Made by a program: the position numbers and the translations under genes. From Ignavibacteriota bacterium (GTDB lineage: Bacteria > Bacteroidota > Ignavibacteria > Palsa-1295), in assembly GCA_963787835.1 (NCBI GenBank), contig CAWBEI010000002.1, positions 64,001-128,000 on the forward strand: a stretch of DNA of 64,000 nucleotides, in the 5' to 3' direction. The notes under the pieces were generated by a model. The model was not told where the DNA came from. It saw only the letters and a program-made list of their open reading frames with translations, and searched no databases. The stretch's first letter is position 1; every line of letters starts with the position of its first letter. Positions 18,364 to 27,403 of this stretch are shown in pieces.

Positions 18364-18423
18364 TGTAGCACAAATTTTAGTTTGTGATCCCGATGGGGGT
18401 CGCAAACTAAAGTTTGCGCTACA
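18364..18423. repeat. GTAG-type REP doublet between atpE and atpF
   Basis: TGTAGCACAAATTTTAGTTTGTGA...TCGCAAACTAAAGTTTGCGCTACA. Confidence 0.8.
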
Positions 18424-18443
18424 TGCGATACAAATGAATAATT

Positions 18444-18938
18444 ATGCTTTCAATCAATCCCGGTTTGATGATCTGGACGTTCATCATCTTTCTGTTGCTT
18501 CTCGTTATTTTAGCGAAAGTAGCATGGAAGCCACTGCTCGCTTCTCTTAAAACACGAGAGAATGCTATTGCCGATTCGCTATCTCGCGCCGAGCAGGCTC
18601 GCTCCGATGCCGAACGTTTGATCGCCGAAAACAAGCAGGAACGCGTAAAGGCGGAAGAGGAAGTCCAAAAAGCCCTGCGCGAAGGCCGCATCTATGCCGA
18701 ACAAATGCGGCACGATCTGGTCGAGAAGGCCAAGGAAGAAGCCGAGAGAATGCTCACGCAAGCACGCGGCGAGATTGAACGCGATACCCAGCGGGCATTG
18801 CGCCAGCTACGGGAGGAAGTAGCCGATCTTGCTGTTATGGCAACATCGAAACTGCTCGACGAAAACATGAACGAAGAGCGGCATCGTAAAATGGTGGATA
18901 AAATGATCGCCGAAATATCGACGGTCCCCCAATCTTAG
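18444..18938 (+). CDS. atpF: F0 subunit b
   Basis: PGLMIWT..F..LL..L.K.AWKP followed by a coiled coil. Confidence 0.95.
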   Translation: MLSINPGLMIWTFIIFLLLLVILAKVAWKPLLASLKTRENAIADSLSRAEQARSDAERLIAENKQERVKAEEEVQKALREGRIYAEQMRHDLVEKAKEEAERMLTQARGEIERDTQRALRQLREEVADLAVMATSKLLDENMNEERHRKMVDKMIAEISTVPQS

Positions 18939-18947
18939 GAGCATACT

Positions 18948-19502
18948 ATGAACCGAAGAGTTGCAGCCCGTTATGCTATTGCGTTAATGGATCTTGGTGA
19001 AGAGCTTAATGTGCTCGAACAGGTCGCGGAGGATCTCCGCGACATTGAACGCACCGTTCATGCCTCGCGCGAACTCGAACTTGTGCTGTTAAGTCCGGTC
19101 ATTACTCCCGGACAGAAGTTAACTATTCTTACAGAGATCTTTGGTCGCAGTTGCGGCGAGATGACCATGAAGTTCATCACGCTGCTGGTGCGCAAGGGCC
19201 GATCGGAATATCTGGTCGCCACGGCTCAGGAATTCCTTCAGATGCTCGACGCAAAGAATAATATCACGGACGCTCGCATCGAAAGCGCTGTCAGGCTTTC
19301 GGAAGAGGAGCAGCGTCAGCTCATCGCAAAGCTCGAACGCATGACCGGCAAGAGTGTACGTCCTGAATTTAACCTTGACCCCACGCTTCGCGGGGGTTTT
19401 GTCGCTCGTATTGGCGATGAGATGATCGATGCAAGTCTGAAGCGGCAGCTCGAACTTCTGCGAGAACAATTTTCGCAAGGCGGTTCGCCTGTTTTGAACT
19501 GA
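18948..19502 (+). CDS. atpH: F1 subunit delta
   Basis: VAARYA.AL; DPTLRGGFVARIGDEMIDAS. Confidence 0.95.
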   Translation: MNRRVAARYAIALMDLGEELNVLEQVAEDLRDIERTVHASRELELVLLSPVITPGQKLTILTEIFGRSCGEMTMKFITLLVRKGRSEYLVATAQEFLQMLDAKNNITDARIESAVRLSEEEQRQLIAKLERMTGKSVRPEFNLDPTLRGGFVARIGDEMIDASLKRQLELLREQFSQGGSPVLN

Positions 19503-19530
19503 GCAAACTTTGTTCATTGAAAATCAGAGG

Positions 19531-20355
19531 ATGGTACGGAAGGTAGCTACGCTGGCGATGCTGCTCATCTCCAGTTCGCTGATGGCCCAGCCATCGACTC
19601 CAACGCCGAATGAGCCTCGCATGCATCTGAGTACTGTGCCAACACAGGCATTTCATCCAACTTGTAATCTCGATTCTAATTCGGTTGCTTTTTATTTTTT
19701 TCCGGCCAATCTCGGCGCAAGATGGACCATGCGAACCATCTCGCAGATCCTGGATATCAACAGTAACGTATTGAGGGCCGATACCACCTTTAGTTTCGAA
19801 CGGATCATCTCCGACTCCAACCGCACGCTTCAGGGCTTGCCCATCTTACAGTGTGAATCGTCGATGCCATATCATGCTGGCGGAGAGGATACCGTAAAAC
19901 GGCAGATCGTAGAATATTATGTGGATGATTCGGTGGTCATGACGGTCTTTAATCATTCGAGCATGAGCGCATTGAATCATACGTTGCTCGTGAATCCACT
20001 CCGAATGGGAAATTCGTGGAAAGATGACGAGGACGATACCATTCGCACTAGCGTTATCGCGACCGAAGAACCCGTTTCCACACCGCTTGGAGATTTCTCA
20101 AAATCGTTAGTCGTTCAGACTCCGGCGCGGTTTGGAGAAATGTCGAAATATTTTGTAAAAGGCATTGGGATCGTTAAGATCGTTTTTAGAGGAATTCGCC
20201 CGCAGCAGGATGGAACCTTCGTTGTCACATCGGAACTCGTCGCGCTGGATCGTGGCGATCCCAAACGAAGCATTAAGTATCGGTTTCAGGCTGGGAATGC
20301 TCGGAAATCCTCTGCCCATAAGTTGAAAAAGAAGAAATCAGCAGTAACACAGTAA
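19531..20355 (+). CDS. Hypothetical secreted beta-rich protein within the atp operon
   Basis: Signal peptide; FFP...G.RW, E.V.TP.G.F, YFVKGIGIVK pattern; basic C-terminal tail. Confidence 0.7.
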   Translation: MVRKVATLAMLLISSSLMAQPSTPTPNEPRMHLSTVPTQAFHPTCNLDSNSVAFYFFPANLGARWTMRTISQILDINSNVLRADTTFSFERIISDSNRTLQGLPILQCESSMPYHAGGEDTVKRQIVEYYVDDSVVMTVFNHSSMSALNHTLLVNPLRMGNSWKDDEDDTIRTSVIATEEPVSTPLGDFSKSLVVQTPARFGEMSKYFVKGIGIVKIVFRGIRPQQDGTFVVTSELVALDRGDPKRSIKYRFQAGNARKSSAHKLKKKKSAVTQ

Positions 20356-20365
20356 GAAATAAATT

Positions 20366-21907
20366 ATGTCATCAGTACGTCCGGATGAAGTAAGTGCGAT
20401 CCTGCGTCAGCAGTTATCGGGATTCGAAAAAGAAGTCGATATTTATGAAGTCGGCACCGTCCTTATGGTCGGTGATGGCGTCGCTCGTGTCTATGGCCTT
20501 ACCAAGGTTATGGCGAGCGAGCTGCTCGAATTCCCTAATGGTGTGTATGGGATGGCGCTCAACCTCGAAGAGGATAATGTGGGTGCTGTTCTTTTTGGCG
20601 ATGAAACCCTCGTCAAAGAGGGCGATACAGTTCGCCGAACGGGTCGTATTGCATCCATGCCCGTAACCGATGACATGCTTGGGCGCGTCATCAATCCACT
20701 TGGCATTCCGATCGATGGAGGAGCGGAAATTAAAAGTGATAAGTATCTTCCCATCGAGCGTAAGGCGCTTGGTGTTATGCAACGCCAGCCGGTTAAAGAA
20801 CCACTTCAGACTGGGATTAAAGCTATCGACGGCATGATCCCTATTGGCCGTGGCCAGCGCGAGCTCATCATTGGCGACCGTCAAACTGGAAAGACCGCTG
20901 TCGCCATCGATACGATCATCAATCAGCGTTCTACGCATACACCAGAAGCGGCAGCTCGTGGCGTCCAACCCGTTTATTGTATCTACGTTGCTATTGGTCA
21001 AAAGGCATCGACGGTTGCTTCCGTCCGCACGAAGCTTGAAGAGCACGGCGCGATGGGTTTCACAACGATCATCGCTGCTACGGCATCCGATCCCGCGCCT
21101 CTCCAATTTATCGCTCCGTATTCTGGCGCAACGCTTGGCGAGCATTTCCGCGATACCGGACGTCATGCGCTTGTGGTGTTCGATGATCTTTCGAAGCAAG
21201 CTGCCGCATACCGCGAAGTTTCGCTTCTACTGCGCCGCCCACCGGGACGCGAAGCTTATCCTGGCGATGTATTTTATCTTCACTCACGCCTGCTCGAACG
21301 TGCCTCGAAGCTTTCTGCCGATCTCGGTGGCGGCTCGCTTACGGCGCTTCCGATCATCGAAACGCAGGCGGGTGACGTATCAGCTTACATCCCAACGAAC
21401 GTTATTTCGATCACGGATGGCCAGATCTATCTGGAACCCAATCTTTTTAACGCTGGCGTTCGGCCCGCCATCAACGTAGGAATTTCCGTTTCACGCGTGG
21501 GTGGTAATGCTCAGATCAAGGCGATGAAAAAAGTCGCTGGAACGCTCCGACTCGATCTTGCACAGTATCGCGAGCTCGAAGCCTTTGCAAAGTTTGGCTC
21601 GGATCTCGATAAAGCTACCCAACAGATGCTCCGACGCGGTCAACGCCTCGTAGAACTGCTAAAGCAAGGCCAATACCAACCTATGCCTGTTGAAGAGCAG
21701 GTGGTGGTGGTTTACGCAGGTACGAACGGTTATATCGATGCGATTTCCGTTGAGAACGTGCGCCGCTTCGAGATTGGACTTCTTGAAGCCATGCGCCTGC
21801 GCCATGCTGACCTGTTGGCCGCCATTGCAGATAAAAAAGAGCTGACTCCGGAAATCGTCCAACAACTCAAAAAAGTTATTGGCGATTACGCTACAAACTT
21901 TAAATAA
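20366..21907 (+). CDS. atpA: F1 subunit alpha
   Basis: [30 protein letters not shown]. Confidence 0.98.
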   Translation: MSSVRPDEVSAILRQQLSGFEKEVDIYEVGTVLMVGDGVARVYGLTKVMASELLEFPNGVYGMALNLEEDNVGAVLFGDETLVKEGDTVRRTGRIASMPVTDDMLGRVINPLGIPIDGGAEIKSDKYLPIERKALGVMQRQPVKEPLQTGIKAIDGMIPIGRGQRELIIGDRQTGKTAVAIDTIINQRSTHTPEAAARGVQPVYCIYVAIGQKASTVASVRTKLEEHGAMGFTTIIAATASDPAPLQFIAPYSGATLGEHFRDTGRHALVVFDDLSKQAAAYREVSLLLRRPPGREAYPGDVFYLHSRLLERASKLSADLGGGSLTALPIIETQAGDVSAYIPTNVISITDGQIYLEPNLFNAGVRPAINVGISVSRVGGNAQIKAMKKVAGTLRLDLAQYRELEAFAKFGSDLDKATQQMLRRGQRLVELLKQGQYQPMPVEEQVVVVYAGTNGYIDAISVENVRRFEIGLLEAMRLRHADLLAAIADKKELTPEIVQQLKKVIGDYATNFK

Positions 21908-21953
21908 TTGATGATACGGTGAAGCGTTGCTTGCACCCTATTGCTTTTTACGC

Positions 21954-21961
21954 TACTTTTG
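21954..21961 (+). promoter_or_regulatory. Possible internal TAnnTTTG promoter upstream of the GWxTD gene
   Basis: TACTTTTG with TTG at 21931-21933 (20-nt spacer). Confidence 0.4.
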
Positions 21962-21989
21962 ACGTGCTCGGGTGTTTCTTGTAAGGTAA

Positions 21990-23165
21990 TTGAATACTTC
22001 TAATTACCGATCCCAGCTCCCCCCAGCACTGATAAGAGCGTTCGTTCTTTGGCAGATGATCTTTGTGTGCGTGATCGCGGGCTTATCCCCTGCGTACTCG
22101 CAGCAACCTGATACCACCCATGCGCATGTGCCGCTTCGTGCTGATACAGCGCGTCAAGTAATCTTTCCTACAACGGGCACGGGAATGTTCCTTCCGAAAC
22201 CTCAGCGAACCATCGATCTGGCACTTACCGGAGGAGCTGGATATTACCGTGAAGGCGCGATCTCAGAATTTCAGCCATCTGCTAATGCTGATTTCTTCGC
22301 ACGAACGAGCGATCTCGATTTTTCCGTAGGGGCTCATTGGGGATTTTCCGATCCTTCCACGAAAGCGCTTACGCTTGGGCTTCGATTTCCGATCAAGGAG
22401 TCAGAGGATATGTCCTCAGGTTTTTATGCTGATGCCGATCTCATGTTCATCGACAACGGCGAAGATTCCGGATCGTTTTCGACCGGCCTTCGCGCTGCAC
22501 TTGCTGCCAGAACCGGAGCACTGGAATTGCGTGTCGTCGGAGAGATCCAACGATTTCCGTTTGGCGGTGACCAATTTCAGGCGTGGGGTGGAATCGAGTT
22601 GGGCTTCGTAATGAATCTTCTTCGTGAAGAAATTTCGGAACCAACTCCAAAAGATTCTCTTCGTCAGGCGTTGCGCTATATCGCAACTTCGGATGAATTA
22701 GAACAATTAGACAAAGCACAAACGAGCACGGAGATAGATCAATGGCTCGACCGGTTTTGGCAAGCAAGGAATGTGACGGGGTCTCCTCGAAACGATGCAC
22801 GGGCAGAATACATGCAGCGGGTTCGCACCGCGAATGAGAAATATGGTACGCCCCGCACGATGGGAGTCTCGACAGATCGAGGCCGCGTCCTGCTTCTATA
22901 TGGCAAACCTGACCGAATAGAAACCGCCAACTCGGTAAACGGACCAGATCGAAGGTTTGAATTATGGATCGATGAAAACCGTGTGCAGGGACATCAGATA
23001 GCGTTCTTCCTTTTCGTTTCGTCGCAATTCAGTGCCGCGAAAGGAATTTACGAAGGCCACGGAGATTATCGAGAGATCTATTCGAATGTTGGAGGAGAGC
23101 CTTCGGATGGTTTACCATCTGATCTTCCAGCCTCGATGCAGAATTATATTGAAGGATTTAGATAG
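21990..23165 (+). CDS. GWxTD-domain protein with N-terminal beta-strand-rich region
   Basis: LRYIAT..E, FWQ.R, EY..RV..AN, GVSTDRGRVLLLYGKPD; signal-like N-terminus. Confidence 0.8.
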   Translation: MNTSNYRSQLPPALIRAFVLWQMIFVCVIAGLSPAYSQQPDTTHAHVPLRADTARQVIFPTTGTGMFLPKPQRTIDLALTGGAGYYREGAISEFQPSANADFFARTSDLDFSVGAHWGFSDPSTKALTLGLRFPIKESEDMSSGFYADADLMFIDNGEDSGSFSTGLRAALAARTGALELRVVGEIQRFPFGGDQFQAWGGIELGFVMNLLREEISEPTPKDSLRQALRYIATSDELEQLDKAQTSTEIDQWLDRFWQARNVTGSPRNDARAEYMQRVRTANEKYGTPRTMGVSTDRGRVLLLYGKPDRIETANSVNGPDRRFELWIDENRVQGHQIAFFLFVSSQFSAAKGIYEGHGDYREIYSNVGGEPSDGLPSDLPASMQNYIEGFR

Positions 23166-23175
23166 CAAATTTTAA

Positions 23176-24075
23176 ATGGCTACATTACGTGAGATAAGAC
23201 GCCGCATTGCTGGCGTACGTTCGACAGCTAAGATCACGCAGGCGATGAAAATGGTCGCCGCCGCAAAACTGCGGCGTGCGCAGGATGCGATAGGCGCTGC
23301 GCGCCCATACGCAAAAGCTCTCGAAGGACTGCTAAAAGATCTTCTGCAATCGGCAACACTCGAATCTGCTCAATCGCCGCTTCTCATTGGCCGCCCTCAG
23401 GATGAAAAAGAGCGCGTAGTGCTCGTTGTAGTAACCAGCGATCGCGGACTTGCTGGAGCATTCAACTCCAATCTGCTTAAATTTACGGAAGCGCGCATTC
23501 GCGATCAATTCGCTGAGCACAAGGCATCAGGCAGGCTTTCGATCGTCCCTTTAGGACGGAAAGCTACCGAATATTTCACGAAGCGCGGATATTCCATAGC
23601 AGGGAAATATCCCGGCATTTTCTCGAAGCTCGAATTTGACATTGCTCGCACGATCACGCTTTTTGTCACGAGCCTTTATAATCGGGCCGAAGCCGATCGC
23701 GTGGAAATTATATTCAACGAATTTCGCTCCGTTGTTTCGCAAAAGCCCATTGCCGAGCGGCTTTTACCCGTGCTTGATCCCTCCGGCTTCGTAGAAGGAA
23801 AAAAGACCGAGCGCGATTATATTTACGAGCCAGATCCTATTTCCATCCTAAACGTACTTGTTCCACGCCATCTCGAAACCATGCTCTGGCGCTCGATGCT
23901 GGAATCCAACGCAGCCGAACAAGGCGCGCGCATGACGGCAATGGATTCTGCCACGCGCAATGCGAAGGACCTCGCAGCGGCGCTGCAATTATCCTTCAAT
24001 AAGGCGCGTCAGGCAGCGATCACGAAAGAAATTTTGGAGATCGTTGGCGGTGCGGAAGCGTTGGCGAAGGGATAG
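23176..24075 (+). CDS. atpG: F1 subunit gamma
   Basis: KITQAMKMVAAAKL, SDRGLAGAFN, ARQAAITKEILEI. Confidence 0.97.
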   Translation: MATLREIRRRIAGVRSTAKITQAMKMVAAAKLRRAQDAIGAARPYAKALEGLLKDLLQSATLESAQSPLLIGRPQDEKERVVLVVVTSDRGLAGAFNSNLLKFTEARIRDQFAEHKASGRLSIVPLGRKATEYFTKRGYSIAGKYPGIFSKLEFDIARTITLFVTSLYNRAEADRVEIIFNEFRSVVSQKPIAERLLPVLDPSGFVEGKKTERDYIYEPDPISILNVLVPRHLETMLWRSMLESNAAEQGARMTAMDSATRNAKDLAAALQLSFNKARQAAITKEILEIVGGAEALAKG

Positions 24076-24084
24076 TCAGAACCT

Positions 24085-24115
24085 GGATTACGCGGATTAA
24101 AACGGATTACGCGGA
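24085..24115 (+). repeat. Short 9-10-mer tandem repeat
   Basis: GGATTACGC GGATTAAAAC GGATTACGC GGA between atpG and yggS. Confidence 0.6.
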
Positions 24116-24121
24116 CGATTT

Positions 24122-24808
24122 TTGGATTATTCAAATCTTGAAGTAGTCGAAAAACGGATTGCAGGTGCTTGTGAGCGCGCTGGTAGAATGCGTCATTCAG
24201 TTCTAATTCTTCCCGTCTCCAAAACTCAACCTACTGATGCGATCCGCGCGTTTTACGACCTTGGGTTCCGCGATTTCGGGGAAAGTCGCGTGCAGGAACT
24301 TCTAAAAAAGCGTGATGAACTACCCTCCGATATTCGCTGGCATTTCATCGGCCACCTTCAATCGAATAAAGCGAAATATATTGCGCCATTCGTCCACACC
24401 GTCCATTCCATCCACAATCTAGGAATCGCACGAGAGCTTTCTAAAAGAGCGGAAGAATCGGGCCGAACCATAAAAGTATTGATAGAAATAAATATCAGTG
24501 TCGAAGAACAAAAGCAAGGTGCAGCACCCGACAACACCGAATCGATGGCGCTTGAAATTGTAAAGACCTGCCCAAACCTATTACTTTCTGGTCTCATGGG
24601 CATGGCTTCGGAAGAAGATGATGTCGAGAGAACCCGTCCGCAATTCCACCTGCTTCGCGAACTGCGAGAGGAAATTCAGGAACGACATCCAGAGTTAACA
24701 AGCTTTACCGAGCTATCCATGGGCATGTCGAACGATTTTGAAATAGCCATTGAAGAAGGCGCGACGATCGTCCGCATTGGGAGTGCATTGTTTGGGGAAC
24801 GGGAATAA
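24122..24808 (+). CDS. yggS: YggS pyridoxal-phosphate homeostasis protein
   Basis: VSKTQ, FGESRVQE, WHFIGHLQSNK, LSMGMSND, VRIGS. Confidence 0.95.
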   Translation: MDYSNLEVVEKRIAGACERAGRMRHSVLILPVSKTQPTDAIRAFYDLGFRDFGESRVQELLKKRDELPSDIRWHFIGHLQSNKAKYIAPFVHTVHSIHNLGIARELSKRAEESGRTIKVLIEINISVEEQKQGAAPDNTESMALEIVKTCPNLLLSGLMGMASEEDDVERTRPQFHLLRELREEIQERHPELTSFTELSMGMSNDFEIAIEEGATIVRIGSALFGERE

Positions 24809-25761
24809 TGGCAAAGACTCGGGCACCAAGAAATCGTACGCTTCCACTCGATGAAAGAGAGCGTGAGCACCACAGATCAAAGCTATTGCATCTTGCTGCA
24901 TCTGCCAATATCGAAACAATTCTGAATCGAACAATTCACGGTGATATTCATAAAGTTGCTAAATTTTTGCCTCCATCATTCGTTGATCTTCTGATCCTCG
25001 ACCCTCCTTATAATCTTAGTAAGACGTTTCACTCAAATTCATTTTCACAAAAGTCGATCAGTGATTATAGCCAATGGTTTGAAGAGTGGTTTGTTGCGCT
25101 GGTTCCTCTCTTGAAGCCTGATGCCTCGCTCTACGTATGCTCAGATTGGCAAACTTCAACAGCGATCCACAGCGTGCTCGAAAAGCATACACACGTTCGC
25201 AACCGCATAACCTGGGGCCGAGAAAAAGGACGCGGCGCCAAGGCTAACTGGAAGAATAGCATGGAGGATATTTGGTTTTGTACGATGTCGGATAAATATT
25301 ATTTTGATGTCGATGCTGTAAAAATTCGCCGCAAAGTAATCGCACCATATAAAACGAACGGACTGCCGAAAGACTGGACGGAATCCGACACAGGCAATAC
25401 TCGCATTACCCATCCCAGTAATTTTTGGGATGATATTACGGTTCCCTTTTGGTCCATGCCAGAAAATACTGACCATCCTACTCAAAAACCGGAAAAGTTG
25501 ATTGCAAAATTAATTCTGGCAAGTTCTGCCCCGGGAGCCATTGTGCTCGATCCCTCCTGCGGATCGGGCACCACTTCTGTCGTGGCTAAAAAACTTGGGC
25601 GGCATTTTGTCGGTGTGGAAATGGATGAAATGTACGCCTGCTTGACTGAGAAACGATTGCAGCTTGCAAACAACGATACACGGATCCAGGGCTTTTCCGA
25701 TGGTGTATTCTGGGAGCGGAATTCTATCCCGGCGCGACAAAAATTATCTGAAAATTCATGA
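24808..25761 (+). CDS. Orphan N4C/N6A DNA methyltransferase (beta class)
   Basis: DPPY precedes HPTQKP and LDPSCGSGTT; no adjacent REase. Confidence 0.9.
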   Translation: MAKTRAPRNRTLPLDEREREHHRSKLLHLAASANIETILNRTIHGDIHKVAKFLPPSFVDLLILDPPYNLSKTFHSNSFSQKSISDYSQWFEEWFVALVPLLKPDASLYVCSDWQTSTAIHSVLEKHTHVRNRITWGREKGRGAKANWKNSMEDIWFCTMSDKYYFDVDAVKIRRKVIAPYKTNGLPKDWTESDTGNTRITHPSNFWDDITVPFWSMPENTDHPTQKPEKLIAKLILASSAPGAIVLDPSCGSGTTSVVAKKLGRHFVGVEMDEMYACLTEKRLQLANNDTRIQGFSDGVFWERNSIPARQKLSENS

Positions 25762-25819
25762 GAATCGCAATCGGCACCTAATTTGTTCTGTTTAATAGAC
25801 TGTACTCACAACCACGAAC

Positions 25820-26317
25820 ATGCCTGACCGATTAAGCGCCCTCGACCTCAAGAAAAAAGAATTCCAGCACGTTTGGCGCGGTGACGACGCGAATGAAGTA
25901 CGCGCCTTCCTCGACCGCGCCGCTGCGGAAGTAGAACAGCTCACTATCGAGAAACGCGATGCAGAGGATCGCCTCGTCAATGCGTTAGAACGGCTCGAAT
26001 ATTACGTCTCTCTCGAGCAGACGATCGAAAAAACCCTTGCCGCGTCGCAGCAGACCGTCGTTAAGATGGAGGAACAAGCAAGAAAGGAATCTGAACTAAT
26101 CCTTCGAGAAGCACGCCAGGAACGAGACCGGAGCGTTAACGAGGCGCGCTTGGAATTAGAACGACTCCAAGCCGATATTGCTCGCGCGCGAAGCGAGTTC
26201 CTTGCCACCGTCGCAAGAATGCGCTCGACTATCGTAGGATTCGAATCCTTCATGCAGGCGCTCGAACAGGAAGCATTGCCGAGTACCGCCGCCGCAACTG
26301 ATGCGGCGAGGCGATAA
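25820..26317 (+). CDS. DivIVA-domain protein
   Basis: LSALDLKKKEF...RG....EV.AFLD followed by a coiled coil. Confidence 0.85.
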   Translation: MPDRLSALDLKKKEFQHVWRGDDANEVRAFLDRAAAEVEQLTIEKRDAEDRLVNALERLEYYVSLEQTIEKTLAASQQTVVKMEEQARKESELILREARQERDRSVNEARLELERLQADIARARSEFLATVARMRSTIVGFESFMQALEQEALPSTAAATDAARR

Positions 26318-26322
26318 GCACT

Positions 26323-27255
26323 GTGACGCCCACTCGAATTAGCGTCATCATCATCACCAGGAATCGCGCGGCCTATCTGAAGGAATGCGTCGATTCGATC
26401 TTGATGCAGGATCATCCCGATTTCGAAATTCTCATTGGTGATAATGGCTCGACGGATGGTACAATAGAGTATCTTCAAGAACTTTCCCGAAATGAGCCGC
26501 GTGTAATAGCACGTTTCAATGGCAAAAATCTTGGTTCCTGTCTTGGGCGAAATTTATTGCTTCAGCAAGCGAAGGGCGAACTTTGGTTCATCATCGATGA
26601 CGATGCAACGTTCCAATTCAAAGACGATCTGCGAAAAGCTGCTTTAGAATTCGAGAAACACCCCAATGCCGGTGCGATAGGATTCACCGTTGTAAACGCG
26701 AACGATCCAAAAACGCTGAACTTATGGATGTATCAAGCGAAGCCCGAATTAGCGAGAAATAAAGAATTTCGTTCCGCGCAATTTGCAAGCTGCGCTGTTT
26801 GTTTTCGGCGCGAGGCAATGGAAGCAGCAAAATTCGCTCCGGGAGAGTATTTCGTAAACTCGTTCTTTTATAGCTGGGACGAATTCCCTATTGCGTGGCG
26901 GTTGCTTGAAACAGGATGGGAATGCTGGTACTCCCCCGCTGTCGCCATTCGCCACTATGGTTCTGCGACAATAGATACGCCAACCGCACACCGCGTGAAT
27001 CTCGATGCAAAAAGCGTGGGACAGTTTGCCGGACTTATCCTTCCATTTCCGTATGGATGGCGGAAGTACGTCATTCATCTCAGCCTCTGGATGTTGAAGC
27101 GCGCTTGGCGAACAAATACGATAAGCGCCTGTCTCTCTGGATTTTTGCAGGGCATCCCGGCGTTCTTCTCCGAACAACGAAAGCATCTTAAGGTTAGACC
27201 CCAGACAGCGAAGGCATTTATTGCCTTGGTCGAAGCAGAAAAGAGAGTTTCATAG
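26323..27255 (+). CDS. Glycosyltransferase family 2
   Basis: ISVIIITRNR, DNGSTDGT, IDDD. Confidence 0.9.
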   Translation: MTPTRISVIIITRNRAAYLKECVDSILMQDHPDFEILIGDNGSTDGTIEYLQELSRNEPRVIARFNGKNLGSCLGRNLLLQQAKGELWFIIDDDATFQFKDDLRKAALEFEKHPNAGAIGFTVVNANDPKTLNLWMYQAKPELARNKEFRSAQFASCAVCFRREAMEAAKFAPGEYFVNSFFYSWDEFPIAWRLLETGWECWYSPAVAIRHYGSATIDTPTAHRVNLDAKSVGQFAGLILPFPYGWRKYVIHLSLWMLKRAWRTNTISACLSGFLQGIPAFFSEQRKHLKVRPQTAKAFIALVEAEKRVS

Positions 27256-27283
27256 AAAATCTTCGATTAAGCCTTTCAAGGAA

Positions 27284-27387
27284 CGTCATTGCGAGGAACC
27301 CCGGAGGGGTGACGAAGCAATCTGTTGAGATTCAGCCGAATCCCAACAGATTGCTTCGCCTCTCCTTCGTCGAAGCTCGCAATGACG
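27284..27387. repeat. CGTC/GTCATTGCGAG-type palindromic repeat
   Basis: CGTCATTGCGAG...GAAGCAATCTG...CAGATTGCTTCG...CTCGCAATGACG; second copy at 33842. Confidence 0.9.
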
Positions 27388-27403
27388 ACCACTAAAATTT
27401 TTA

